64,000 nucleotides of DNA from Utricularia gibba. Its lineage: Eukaryota; Plantae; Magnoliophyta. The DNA lies in assembly GCA_002189035.1 (NCBI GenBank), contig CM007991.1, positions 1,550,001 through 1,614,000 of the forward strand, read 5' to 3'. The notes under the pieces were generated by a model. It did no database searches. It was not told where the DNA came from and worked only from the letters and a program-made list of their open reading frames with translations. Shown piece after piece: positions 38,300 through 52,918 of the stretch (the first letter of the stretch is position 1; every line of letters begins with the position of its first letter). The position numbers were made by a program, and so were the translations under genes.

Positions 38300-39023
38300 G
38301 AAATGTGCCCCAAGATCAGATCTTTTTCATGGAAAAAGGGCTTTCTTCCTCCTTCACATCGATTAACGGTTCTTCCTTCAGTTGACCTGCAACTAACACT
38401 CACATACTCACACTAACACCATCTTCTTCGTACGCTACCATCTCTGGTTTGTGGCCTGCGCCTGCAAATTTTGTGTTTTTCTTATCATAAACGTACTTTT
38501 GAAGAATTACTACTAATTAATTATTTTAATTAAATCAGTACTAATTAATCATCTTAACAAATCTATCAGTTTTTTTTTTTTTTGAGAATAACTAAATAAA
38601 TAAATACATAAAATTATCCACGTTATCTTCGTGTACTGCTGGTGGAAGAACACTGAACCCTATTTCACAGGTTTCTTCCCTTCCAATCGTTTCATCAATG
38701 GCGTGAGGGAAAAGGCAGGTGAGCGTAATCCCATTCACTTTAAATCTTCCAATTCCATGGCTGTAGAGCGCATTGGTGCAATGTTGCGAAAGTTGTGGTT
38801 TTCTGTGAAATTTGCTTCTTTCGTTATGATATTTCAATTCTTGTGAGTATGTGCTGATTCCTTAGATGGTGGAAGTGAGTTCTAGTTCTTCGTTTTACAA
38901 ACCAGGAGGAATTTACTGTTTTTTTGGAACTCAGGTACGCCGTTTTGGTGTTAGGAAACCGGAGAAAACGCTATTGCTTCATCATTTTCTTGACGTTGGG
39001 TGTTCCCGTTTTTGCTATCGCAA

Positions 39024-41458
39024 ATGGCGTCTCTCAATTTCAACCCTTTCAACGAAAACTGGTTCAGTAGGCCAAATAGAGTGCCCTTTCAGCCTATCAA
39101 TCTCATCCATTCCTTCCTTCAACCCCGCTCTCAAACCCCTAATTTTGCCTCCATTTCCAATCTGTTTTCGAGAAAACCGAAATCTAAGAATGGTAAGGAG
39201 CCTGGTAAGTATTCCAAAATGCTCGATCAGTTCTTCTGGGAGGTGGAGAACTTTCCAGATTACCGGGATTCCCCTGAAGTTGAGAAGATTTTGAATGATC
39301 ACCCATTTATTGAGAAAAAGGAAAACCCGACACAGGAAGAGGTTGAGGAGAACAACCAATGGTGGGACGCGGTATTGGCCGACCCGGTGACCAAGTTCAT
39401 GCTACGGGCTGAGGAAATTGCTGATCAAATTAATGAGCAGGAACTTCAAGAGAACTCCGTTCCCTATAGGAAGGAAGATAAGAAATTATGGCAGGTACTT
39501 GTTTCTTTTCTGTGATCCTTTAGTTGAGAATTGAATTTTGTTGCTTGAGTTTATCGCCCACATTCTCTTTGTATTGTTTGTGAAGGCTATACCAAATGTT
39601 ATTGGATTGGATGGAAGACCAATGCCGAGAAAAGCAATAAAAACTAGAGAGGAGTCAGATAATAAGTTTTGGGATTTTGCTAGGCAGTTCTTTTTCGGGC
39701 TCTGGGGATTCAGACAGAGGCCTTACCCACCTGGCCGACCGATTGATGTCACACAGGCTATCGGTTACAAGAAACTCGAGAAGCGGTATTATGACTGTAA
39801 GATTACATTGCTATCTCACTGATCAGTGTATTTATTGCATAAAGCTGTCTTAGAAATGATCCAGTTTCATTTTTGGCACCGGGTGTTTTTCCAAATTTCA
39901 TTTTATATGTCTTCTAAAGATGAATGTAATATCAATTTTTTGATTTCAGAGTACAGCAATGGGTGGGAAAGTGCATTTGTATCTTTTCTGAAAGCACTCT
40001 ATTTTAAACTGCTGTCTCTTATGTTGCTCCATTTTATCGCAATTTCAGCGCATAACGCTGGAAAAGTGCTTGTTTTTTAACATCTTCTCTTTGAGCAATT
40101 TATGGAAGGCTGTTAGTTTCAGTTTCAAAACAACAGTTCTTTACGCAATCATTACAATTTAACTGGTGAATCCTATATTTTGTTAATGATGTTCAGTTTA
40201 TGGAGTCCGTTTTAGATATCTGAACCTGGAGGCTTGCATTTTTGTGGCCTCTATTCCTTGTCTTGTTGGATTGCTTCATGGATTAGAGACTTCACAATCT
40301 CTTCTCCATCCTAGTTATCATGAGAAGCGGAGGATTTTTCTACAAGGATCGACTGGGTCGAACCAGGGGTCCGATGGAACTGATACAACTCAAAACAGCT
40401 TGGGGTGCCGGGATAATTGACAAGCATACTTTCGTCTGGGGCGAAGATCTGGACGAATGGGCACCTATAGGGATGATTTATGGCATGGAGCGTGCAATCG
40501 CCACGTGGGATGGTTAGTGTTTAGTATTGGAAAACATGTCCTGTTCTCCACTGCTTCTGATGGTTTATGAGCTTTCGTTTTTTGTTCAAGTAAAAGTTCG
40601 TACATGCTTAAGGCTCAGTGCAGAGAAATGAAACTTGCAGTTAGGTTGGGTGCCGCTGCAACAGCTTTTCTTCATAAACTTCAAAAGGGTATCCCACCCT
40701 GGGTTCCTTTAAAGGGTTTTGAGGAGAAAACTTATAAGCAGCTTCAAGACGAGGCATACGAAAGCAAGCGGCGTGATTTAGCCGTGTTGGAGGCAAACAA
40801 CGGCGTTTGGCCTGGCGTTTCCATCCCGAGTCATGCACTGTTTCTCTGGGCGGGCGGCTCGGAGTTAACAACTCTCCTGGAAGAAGGTGATCATATGCCC
40901 AACATGTTCATCCCAAAAGACCTCAGGTTCTACAAATCATATATCCTCATTGCATTGCCCTTTTTGGTACTTCAAAATGTGATACTAGTCTTGTTCTTTT
41001 CTTTATGCAATAGGCTTCAGTTGATCAAGGCAATACCAGGTCTGAGACCATGGGAAGTTCTTAGCGTTGAGCAGGCAATGGATGAGATCACATATGGTGG
41101 AGAATGGTACCGTGAGCCACTCGGCTCGTACTCAACCGGACCGCCATACGTCACCGAGTGGAACAAAGATTTTATGGTCCGCACCTATTTGCAATCTACG
41201 AATTACGTCATCTTCTTCTTCAATTTGACTAACATCACTTATTACATTTGGCAGAGACTGTTTAAAGTCTTCCATGACCTTAGCGTGGAAACATATCAGA
41301 AGCTCGAGAAAACGATTCCGGGGTTCGCCACCGTGATGGAAAAAGTACAGCAAGATAACCTTGATAGGAATGCCCGGAAAAAGGCAAAGAGGGCGGAGAC
41401 CGTGGCAGCGCGTTGGAAACAACTCCCCTCCTCGGCCCAGGAGAGCAAGGAAGAGTAA
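39024..41458 (+). CDS. TIC56: TIC56 chloroplast inner-envelope 1-MDa translocon component, 6 exons
   Basis: MASLNFNPF, KFWDFARQFFFGLWGFRQRPYPPGRPIDV, YKDRLGRTRGPMELIQLKTAWGAGIIDKHTF, GIPPWVPLKG, PGLRPWEVLS. Junctions are in frame. Confidence 0.9.
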
Positions 41459-42531
41459 ACTAGGGACAAGTGTTTTTTGGGAAGAGTTATCTGCAAACAG
41501 GGAAATGTGGATAAATGTGAAAACTGAATCCATATTCTCATCTGCTGCATTTATGATGGATTCTGGACAAAGGTAGTTCCTTTAAAAGGGGGTGTGAAAA
41601 ATTATGATCAATCCTTCCCAGCGAGGAATTCGAAAACGTGTCTCTTATGTTGACTTCAATGAGCTGTGGGGAGGAAAGTGAACTGATTCTGATCTGAGTT
41701 TCTTGCAATGGCGACAAAAAAAGTTCCACCTCCAAGCAGCGGAAAAAAGCTCCTCTGTTTTCTTCCCCAGCAGATTTGAGAAGGGTTACTTTGATTTTCT
41801 GCAACTGCTGCTGCATCGAAATGTGTGTTCTTGAGAACTGAACTTTGACTGGTTGAGAGGAAGGGGGAGGAGGAAGGAAGCAGGAGACGACCACGACAAA
41901 AATCGGCAAACACAGACTGGAATGAGCTGGCGATAAACGACGTCGGATTATCTGTGGCGTGGCGGTGCATTGGGCCTCTGTCTTTGCTGGCCTTTTCTTG
42001 TCAATGCCACCCCTTTCTTTGGCCCACTCCATCCTGTAAAAGCTTTTTACTAAATACATTAATAATGATATAATTAATTACTTTCTGCCCGGCAACCAGA
42101 TAAGGCATAATATAATAAGATTTTCCTGTTTTTTGTTGCAACAAAATATATAATTTTTTCTTACATGTAATAAGTTTTACCTTTTGATTCCATTATAAAT
42201 CGCATTTAATGATGATTCTTGTCATAAAAGAACACCCATCTCCACTTAAAAAAAATCTTAATTTTATTGTAAAAAAACATAAATAATTAATTAGCATGAT
42301 CAGTATTATTAATACGGAATCTAAATTGTCCAAGGGCAGGTGAGAGACAGCGCACACCATTAATCGGCGGTAGTTGTTAGTAATTAGGGAGAAGTATGGG
42401 GGTATTTGTGGAACATACTGACAAGAGAAATAAAGAAGACGAAGAAGAAAGGGCTGTAATCACATGGGTGCTGTTAAATATATGGGGTCCTGCTCCACTC
42501 ATGGCTAGCTGCTCCTTCTGCTTCGTCTTCC

Positions 42532-42550
42532 CTCTCTCTCTCTCTCTCTC
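42532..42550. repeat. (CT)n microsatellite in the 5' leader of the GSK3 gene
   Basis: ctctctctctctctctctc read directly. Confidence 0.85.
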
Positions 42551-42682
42551 TTCCTCTCTCCATCTCTCTGTCTTGTCTTCTGATTTCTGTTGCCGACAAT
42601 TGTGACCGCTGAACCACAAGGAGGGTCGCCGAGGAATTTTTGGGAGAGGTTTTTGTTTTAGGAACGAACACGTTTTTGCGCC

Positions 42683-45050
<2,368 letters not shown>

Positions 45051-45935
45051 GCAAAAGGCCTAAGCCTGAAGACTCTTTTTCGAATCAAGGGCATGTTTGG
45101 TTCTTGGATTTTGTGAGTATTTTGAAATCTTAGACCCAAACATGCCGTGTTATGCTCCCCCGCAAGTATATAGTTGTTTCCTGCTGCTCCTCTGTTGTTT
45201 CTGTTCACGGAGAATGGATGATCGAAAAGTGTGCATAGGCCTAAAAAAGAGCCACCTGTTTACTTACCTATGTTCCATTCGGATCCTGCACTCGTATCGT
45301 GTTCAGGTATGAGTGAATGCTAGTTTCACAATTCACTCGTGTAATATTATCCTATTGGTGTGTTGAATCCCCGCTTGATGCTATTCTTTGTTGCCTCCCT
45401 TTTTCTCCGTGGTAATGATAACTTGCGAAGGATTCCGCAGTTCCCCATGTATTCCAACTCTCTTGATAAATGGAAGGGTGATGCATGAAATGATGTTGCG
45501 GCACTAGCAGCTACATTAACCAGTCAGGAAGAAGATTCTCATCAAGCTGAGATAAGTATTGGTAATGGTCCTCATTGATGCAACCCAAATGAGGCATGTT
45601 TGTGTTGATCCATACCTGAGGTTCCTTGGAAAGGGGGGATACATGTTCCAGGTGAGGTGACGTGGGCGTCGATGAACCACACAAATTTGCGATCTGCACA
45701 AATTGGCAGGTTCCAACAAGTAGTACTAATTTCGTGTTACCTCGGGACAGGGAACAGCTGGTTAGTTCAGTTCAATGAACCCACGCTACGAAGACAAGAG
45801 TGGAACGCAGGCCGATGTAGGAAAACTCACGAGATTTTGATCCCTGCTCCCCGCACAACTTGTATATTACACCTAGGTCCTCAAATCAAACGCCAATATA
45901 AAACAACCGAAGATTCCCTTTCCTACGTTTCGAAA

Positions 45936-46724
45936 ATGGCGGTTGAGGGGGGCAAGGTTGGAGAATGTGCGTACCAGGCGTGGATGCGTCTCCAGGAGCA
46001 AGAGCTCTCGGAGTTGAACCGAGCATTGACACTCAAATCCAGCGGCGGCGCAACTGACGCCCAGCTGAGCCTCTTGATCGAGAAGATTCTCGATAACTTC
46101 GAGGATTACATACAAAAGCGGAGCGTGATGGTGCGGCAAGACGTGTCCCCTTACTTCGCGCCGCCGTGGTGCTCGTCTCTGGAGCGATCGGTGCTATGGA
46201 TCGGGGGATGCCGGCCGACGTCTTACATCCGTCTGATCTATGCCATCTGCGGAATCGAGATCGAGTCACAAATTTCCATGGCTCTCCAGGGGGCGGAAAT
46301 TGAGAATTTAGGGGCAATTTCGCGCGCGCAAATTGTGGCGGTGGATCAATTGCAAATTAACACGGTTAGAGAGGAGAGGAAGCTGTCGACGAGGCTGGCG
46401 AGCCTCCAGGAGGAAGTTCTCGACAATCCGTTGGTGGCGATAGCGCTTCAATCCCGCCGCTGCGGTTGCGGCTGCAGCGGGAGTTCCTCGTCCCAGGGTC
46501 ACGGATTGGAGCAGGCGCTTGAGAAACACGGACTCGCGATGGCGACGATCCTAGGCGAGGCAGATCGGTTGCGAATAGATACAGTGAAGGAGATCGTACG
46601 GATTCTCAGTCCGTCCCAGGCGGTCGAGTTTTTAGCGGCGGGGAAGAAGCTCCGGCTCTGCCTCCAGGAGTGGGGGTACGGAAAGGATATCGAACGCGCT
46701 AGGGAATCAGGTAACGGAAACTAG
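45936..46724 (+). CDS. DOG1-like protein (DOG1 domain), intronless
   Basis: [74 protein letters not shown] near 45897 supports Met at 45936. Confidence 0.88.
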   Translation: MAVEGGKVGECAYQAWMRLQEQELSELNRALTLKSSGGATDAQLSLLIEKILDNFEDYIQKRSVMVRQDVSPYFAPPWCSSLERSVLWIGGCRPTSYIRLIYAICGIEIESQISMALQGAEIENLGAISRAQIVAVDQLQINTVREERKLSTRLASLQEEVLDNPLVAIALQSRRCGCGCSGSSSSQGHGLEQALEKHGLAMATILGEADRLRIDTVKEIVRILSPSQAVEFLAAGKKLRLCLQEWGYGKDIERARESGNGN

Positions 46725-46750
46725 AAAACGTCGTCGTATCGCACATAACT

Positions 46751-46796
46751 CTATGTATCTATGTATCTATGTATCTATGTATCTATGTATCTATGT
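46751..46796. repeat. (CTATGTAT)5.75 octanucleotide tandem repeat
   Basis: Five perfect copies plus CTATGT, immediately after the DOG1-like stop. Confidence 0.95.
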
Positions 46797-47428
46797 TCAT
46801 TTTGTCCGATACGATAGATGGCAATAATAGTCAGGCTTTTATTTATTATTTATTAATCGTAGCCCTAGCTAGCCACGATCCCTTCCTTCCTACTTGCGTG
46901 GGTTTGCAATGAATATCTGCATGGTTTGAGGGAGTCGTGGCAACAACTCTCAATAATCACAATGATTTAGAAATTCTATAATACATATCTTATAAAATTA
47001 ATCAATTTTTAATGTTAATTTTTTATTTTAATTTATAAAATATAAAATAAGAAGGGTCGGATTTGGGAATCACATATACGCGGATCATAGTTGAAACGTG
47101 CAGGCATCCACACTCATCACCTTGACCCTTCGTTCTTTTGAACTTCTCCAATTCCAGACTGACACGTGTACACAGGCACGTGTTTCTATTCCCATCCGAA
47201 ATTATAGTAATTAATAATGGTGTTATTTTGTCAACACTTTTAATTTTCGAAATTTTTTTGAAAGTGAGGGTATAAAATGATTAATTGAATTTTTTATTTT
47301 TAATAATATAAAATATATATTTGCTTTTATTTTCTTGAGTGGGAGCGCACCTCATCTTCCTTTCAAAAGGCAAGAGATTGGTTGATTTCTGAGACGGAAG
47401 AGAAAGGGGGAGACTTTCTTCAGTTTGG

Positions 47429-47877
47429 ATGGAGGCGTTGAAGGATTTGGTCAGATGCGTCGTCTCTTGCATTCTTCCCTTCGGCGTCCTGGACGTCGTC
47501 AGAATAGTTCACCCTAACGGCCGTGTCGAGGAGATCACCGGCGACGTCACGGCGGGGGAGATCATGGAGCTCCACCCCAAGCACGTCCTCAAGAGGCTCG
47601 ATTCATCGTCCTTGGAAAAGGATGATCGCTCCAGAGTCTCCGTTACTCCCCCGATTCTGTTCTGAAACGGGGCAGGTTTTATTTCCTCATCCCGGTGACG
47701 CCGCAGTCTGAGAAAGCGCCGCGAAAGAGATGTCGGGGAGAAAATAGAGGCGGATCGGATCCTTCGATCATCCCCGACTCCACTTGGAAATCGGGACCGC
47801 CGACCGAACGGAGGCGCCGCTCTGGACGCGAGTGGCGGCCGCAACTGGAAGCCATCAGCGAGTCCCCTGCGTTGTAA
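47429..47877 (+). CDS. DUF4228/PADRE-domain protein; 1-nt frameshift at 47648-47652
   Basis: SCILPFGVLDVVRIVHPNGRVEEI..AGEIMELHPKHVL, then shifted frame PDSVLKRGRFYFLIP...WRPQLEAISE. Confidence 0.85.
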
Positions 47878-49158
47878 AAATCCTGCTTTCTCGGTTGTCT
47901 GCGGAAATATTTTGTGAATGGAAAAAAAAAATCAATTATTATTATTTTTTTATATTTCACACATTAAATTAAAAAATTAATATAAAAATATTCATTTTTA
48001 TCACAAAAAAAAAAAACACAATAAAAAAAGACATCTGTTCTAGTGGAATACCTTGATACACGTATACATTGTTGAAACTCCCCATATGTTAATCATATAG
48101 AAATTACAATTTCCTAATCCAGAGTCCAGACTGTCAGTCAATCATCAATATGTACGGGCATATTATTTTATAATATCCAATACTTTCATGATACCATCTT
48201 TTGTGTTTCCATATTATATAAGTATTTTAATTATAAACTTCATCATATCATTTTTAATATATCATAATTCACATAAAACACATAAGATTTTTGAGAAACT
48301 AATTATATCCAATGCTATTATTTTCTCATAAATAAAAAGTATTTAATCATAAATAATAAACATTACGCGTAAATTAAATATTTAAAATTCAGTAGTTGGA
48401 TTTAAATGATATTTTTCTACTCTACATGCCATTTTTTAAATGGGTATTATAATAATGATTGAAAAAGATTTATTATATTATTAGTAAATAACAATAATTC
48501 AATATTATTCTTCAAATATCTTATTTTACATTCTAAAAAAATTCGAATTGTGGTTGGATGTTAAAGATAATCTGAATTTAGAAAAATAAATTGATAATTT
48601 TATTACCAATATCACATTATTTTATTGGCTTTTGGATTTATGAGAAAAAACCCAATTTGATATTATTGTCACCATTATAGAAAAACCTTTAAATCAATCA
48701 TCAATAATGAGTCATTATTGATTGAGACGCTTTATTTTCTTATTTTTTTAATAATTATGGAAATTGATTATAATGGTTGAACCATATCCTTTTTTGAATT
48801 CAATACAATTTAGTGATGAATTTAATAATTTTTTTATTATATTTTTATTTATTTTTAAAAATAATTAAATTCTTTATCTAATTAGACTCTATTTTGTACA
48901 ATTTATTTGGAATGAATTTTCAAAAAAATTAGGAAAAATTATAAATTAAGGTTTTTTAGATTTTTAGAAATAATAAGTGCCTTGGTAATAATAACATTTA
49001 TTAATATATTTGAATTGAACTCAATATAACATAACCCCCTCAAACATGATTTTTTAACTGCATTGGTGAAACCAAGTTATTACAGTGTTCCCTTTCGCCA
49101 TGAACTTCCTCCATCTTATTGCATTCTCTAGGCTTCAGCAGTGGAGATTGCTCTGCTC

Positions 49159-49754
49159 CTAAATGAGATGGTTGGGATCGATTTGCAGCTCCTTGAAGAG
49201 CTTAGGGCATCCCGCACCGCGTTTCTTGGTGGTGAATCCCAACGGATTCGCCTGCCGGATGTCGTCGTGGAACCCGTTGTTCTCCGTGATCGTGATTTTT
49301 GACGACGGCTCCAACGCCCATCCCTCGTTGGGCAGCTCGGCGCAGTCAGGGCGGCTGCTCTTAACCAGCGTCACTTCGCATTCCTCGTCCTCGTGATCAC
49401 CCTCCGCCTTCAAACGGTAATGGCCATGAGCGTCCGTCTTCCCTTCGATGCTGTAGGTGATGTTGCCTTTTTCTTCCCCACGGCATTGCAGACGTACCGT
49501 AGCACCTGCACTCAGATTCAATTTAGCCGCGTTTCAATGGATTTGGATCTAATTTGCCATCTGATTCGGGTCAGAAATTGTGGGTTACCTGGCATGGGCT
49601 CACTGAGCTTGTTAATGAAATTGACACGGCAAACTTCGCAGAAAACTTGCCCCTCGACGAAGAAATGAGGAACCTTAGATTCCACGGTGCAAATGAGAGA
49701 GAGCAGGGACAGGGCTCCGGCGAGGAGAACCGCGATCTTCCTAAGACTTGCCAT
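49159..49754 (-). CDS. pollen Ole e 1 family protein; exons 49754-49589, 49505-49159
   Basis: Signal peptide, VEGQVFCEVCRVNF, GATVRLQC, GKTDAHGHY, CEVTLVKSSRPDC, ANPLGF. Joined CDS is 513 nt. Confidence 0.92.
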
Positions 49755-50140
49755 TCCCGATCAGTTGTAGAATGTGAATTGAAATGTGATATAAGTTCTT
49801 CGAGAGAAGGGTGGTATTTATATGCGTTGGTGGTTGTTTATTTCTTCTCCAGGGGCCAAAAATTTCTCTCCACCCCTAAATAAAGTCCTGTCTTTTATGG
49901 CCACCCGGAAAAGTCTGCCTTGATCTGAACTTTCTGGGTCGGGTCGGGTATACCATGATCCCACTAATCATCTTGATGTTGATGCGTTTCTTTGTATAGC
50001 AGAAGGCAATTTGGGGTACAATTCCAGGGCATTGGGAAGAGTGTCAGATGATAAAGAACGGCTATCCTTGCAAATCCTTGCAACCCATCTGTCTCACGGA
50101 TCAGTCGATTTCACGCTGCTTGACTATAAATAGAGTATCA

Positions 50141-52733
50141 ATGGCATCTTCTTCTTTGTGTTCGTGGGACTCCCAGCGATTGTTCGGTTATTGGAGATCA
50201 AGCAGCGAGATTCCCACTTCATCATGTTCGAGTTCCTCCAATTTTAGTCTATTTCATGGTCGCTTAGGCGGGAGCAAGGCGTTTTCATGTGAGTGCACTC
50301 AAGATTCCTTTTTTTTTACGCTTGTGTTATGGGACGCTGACTCGCTTGATTAGACGTGGTGATTCTTTTTTGTTTGTGTTATGGGAATTGAGTGGTGTTT
50401 GTTATGAACTGATTCTCTGGGTGAAGAAGGACAAGTTTATTCTCTGTTTTTTCATCTTGAGATCAGGAAAAAGACTCTGGCTCTAAATGGGATTATCATG
50501 CCTATAACGATCAGCTAGTCTTACTTTCTCCCTGCTGAAAATTGTTTGTTGGGTGTTTGCTGTTTTACTGATGGGAAAGCTATCAGATGCCGCATCTTCA
50601 TATTTCAGTTATTTGCAACGCAAGCTTTTCATTGATGATGCAAAAAAGATGAATTTTCTATTATTTTGTTTTCATTGTGGCCTTGAAAATCTTTATGCTT
50701 GTGATATTTGATGGTCATTGAGGAAATTGTATGTTGCAGGCATAAACAGTAGTCAGAACGACTGGGGTCTTGGAGGTCTACAAGCCATGAGTACTTCTAA
50801 AGGGAATCTTGCCTTCACAAGCACGAATGCTAGTGATGATAATCCTGATCATCTTCTTGTTCTTGTTCACGGCATCTTTGCAAGGTATGTAATTTTGTGT
50901 TTCGGGAAGTAGAATTTTATAGATTCCTCCAGGGATGGTTCAAAAAAGTATCCGCGGTGTTGATGTTATATTTCGTTTGATACATTCGCAACTGCAGTCC
51001 TAGCGATTGGATATACTTTGAATCGGAGCTGAAGAGGAGATTAGGAAAAAAATATCTGATATACGGTATGTTACAACTCCCTTGTATGTGAGACTTAGAT
51101 TTAAACTCTCATCTTAGACTGCTTGATTTTTGTTTCTGTGTGATGAAAATGATGTTTAGTTATGTTGGTTAGTGCAGCCAGTTCGAGCAACACGTACACA
51201 AGGACCTTCACAGGAGTTGATGGTTCAGGCAAACGGCTAGCAGAGGAAGTCAGATAATATCTCCCTTTGATTTTTTGGTGTTTCCCAAATGTACACGCAT
51301 ATAAACGTTGATGCATAATCTCTTTATAGAAGAACAGGTAATGCAGGTTGTGAGGAATGCAGGAAGCTTGAAGAAGATATCCTTCCTGGCTCATTCTCTT
51401 GGAGGATTATTTGCCAGATATGCAATCTCTATTCTCCACGATCCTCGTGTCTCTCCTCTTCAGTGTGATGATACAACTTGCCCTGGTTCTTCTAGAGGTT
51501 TGATTGCTGGCCTTGAAGCAGTCAATTTCATTACTCTTGCAACGCCTCATCTTGGTGTCAGAGGGAGAAAGCAGGTTTGTTTCAGTTCATTCTCTTCCTC
51601 CTGTTGTTATTGCATCAATATTGAGACTATTATTTTCCAAATGTCAGCTCCCTTTCCTTTTGGGTTTATCGTTCTTAGAGAAACTTGCAGCTCCCCTGGC
51701 CCCCTTTATCACTGGTCGAACAGGGAAACAGCTGTTCCTCATGGATGGCAAGCCCAGTAGACCTCCTCTCCTGTTAAGAATGGTGTCTGATTGTGAAGAA
51801 GGAAGATTCATGTTAGTGCAAAGCTGCTCCCTTGGATCATATGCTCGTTTCTTCTTCTGATTTCATCACAGTTGAATCTTGTGATTTGTTGTTTCTCCTC
51901 AGATCCGCACTCGCTGCTTTTAAATCCCGAGTTATTTATGCTAATGTTTCATATGATCGTATCCATGAATCAAGCAACAAGTGCTGTTTAAATCTGTATT
52001 ACCATCATTTTCTGTTCCATTTGTTATCTTCCTTAAGAAGCACACAGATATGGTTGGCTGGCGTACATCATCCATACGAAGGGAAAATGAACTTTTCAAT
52101 GTAAGATGCACTTTGGTTCACCTCTTTTCGATTGCATTCCTCTATAAGACTGATGAACATTGATTCTGGCAGCAGGCTCCAACTCGCTCTTTGGATGGAT
52201 ACAAGCATGTCGTTGATGTTGAGTATTGCCCTCCTGTTTTATCAGAACACCCTGAGTTCCCACCACTAGCAGCCAAAGCTAAGGAAGCCGCTCAAAATGA
52301 TCCAACCCTGCAGAACACTGTGGAGTATCATGAAATCATGGAAGGTTCTCATGGACCAGTCCATTCTAAAAAGGCGTCTCCACCCTGAATCCCATCTTCA
52401 CATATTTAATTTGTCTCTGCTTCTTCAGAGGAAATGATTGACGGTTTACAGCGGCTCGGGTGGATGAAGGTGGACGTCAACTTCCATTCAGCGTTCTGGC
52501 CTTTCTTTGCCCATAACAACATCCATGTAAGGCTCTTATCCTGCCATGGCTGTGTTAGCCTTTCCTCCCCCGATTCATATTAGCATTCAGGTTACTTCTT
52601 TTTCCTTGTTTCAATCGCAAAATAGGTAAAGAACGAATGGTTTCACAATGCTGGAGCTGGGGTAGTTGCACATGTTGTGGACACAATCAAGCAGCAGGAT
52701 TCTTCTTCTTTGTGTATCCCTGCAAATCTGTAG
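50141..52733 (+). CDS. DUF676 / ROG1-like putative lipase (alpha/beta hydrolase), multi-exon
   Basis: HLLVLVHGI, GVDGSGKRLAEE, ISFLAHSLGGLFARYA, NFITLATPHLG, YANVSYDHMVGWRTSSIRRE, AHNNIH. Junctions are in frame. Confidence 0.9.
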
Positions 52734-52918
52734 CTCCCTTTTGATGTGTGCTTGTATCAGCAGAGAAGTTCGCATGTTATTGCATCTGGAATATTGATAG
52801 CATGTATTCCTTCTCTTTTGTGTCATCAATGAGAGTGTAATTCATTCACATGTCGTATTACAGAAAGAGGCAGAGTTTTTTTGTTTCTTGTTTCTGAAGT
52901 TGAGTTTACTGCAGCAGA

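Noticed and set aside
38300-38390. Extra frameshift extending the RING-CH N-terminus (QLKEEPLIDVKEEES..)
   Set aside because: It would need a -1 or +2 change, and I find no in-frame upstream ATG; left as an uncertain start.
45657-45935. 93-aa N-terminal extension of the DOG1-like ORF
   Set aside because: It starts at GTG, has no domain similarity, and a TATA near 45897 places the TSS just before Met 45936.
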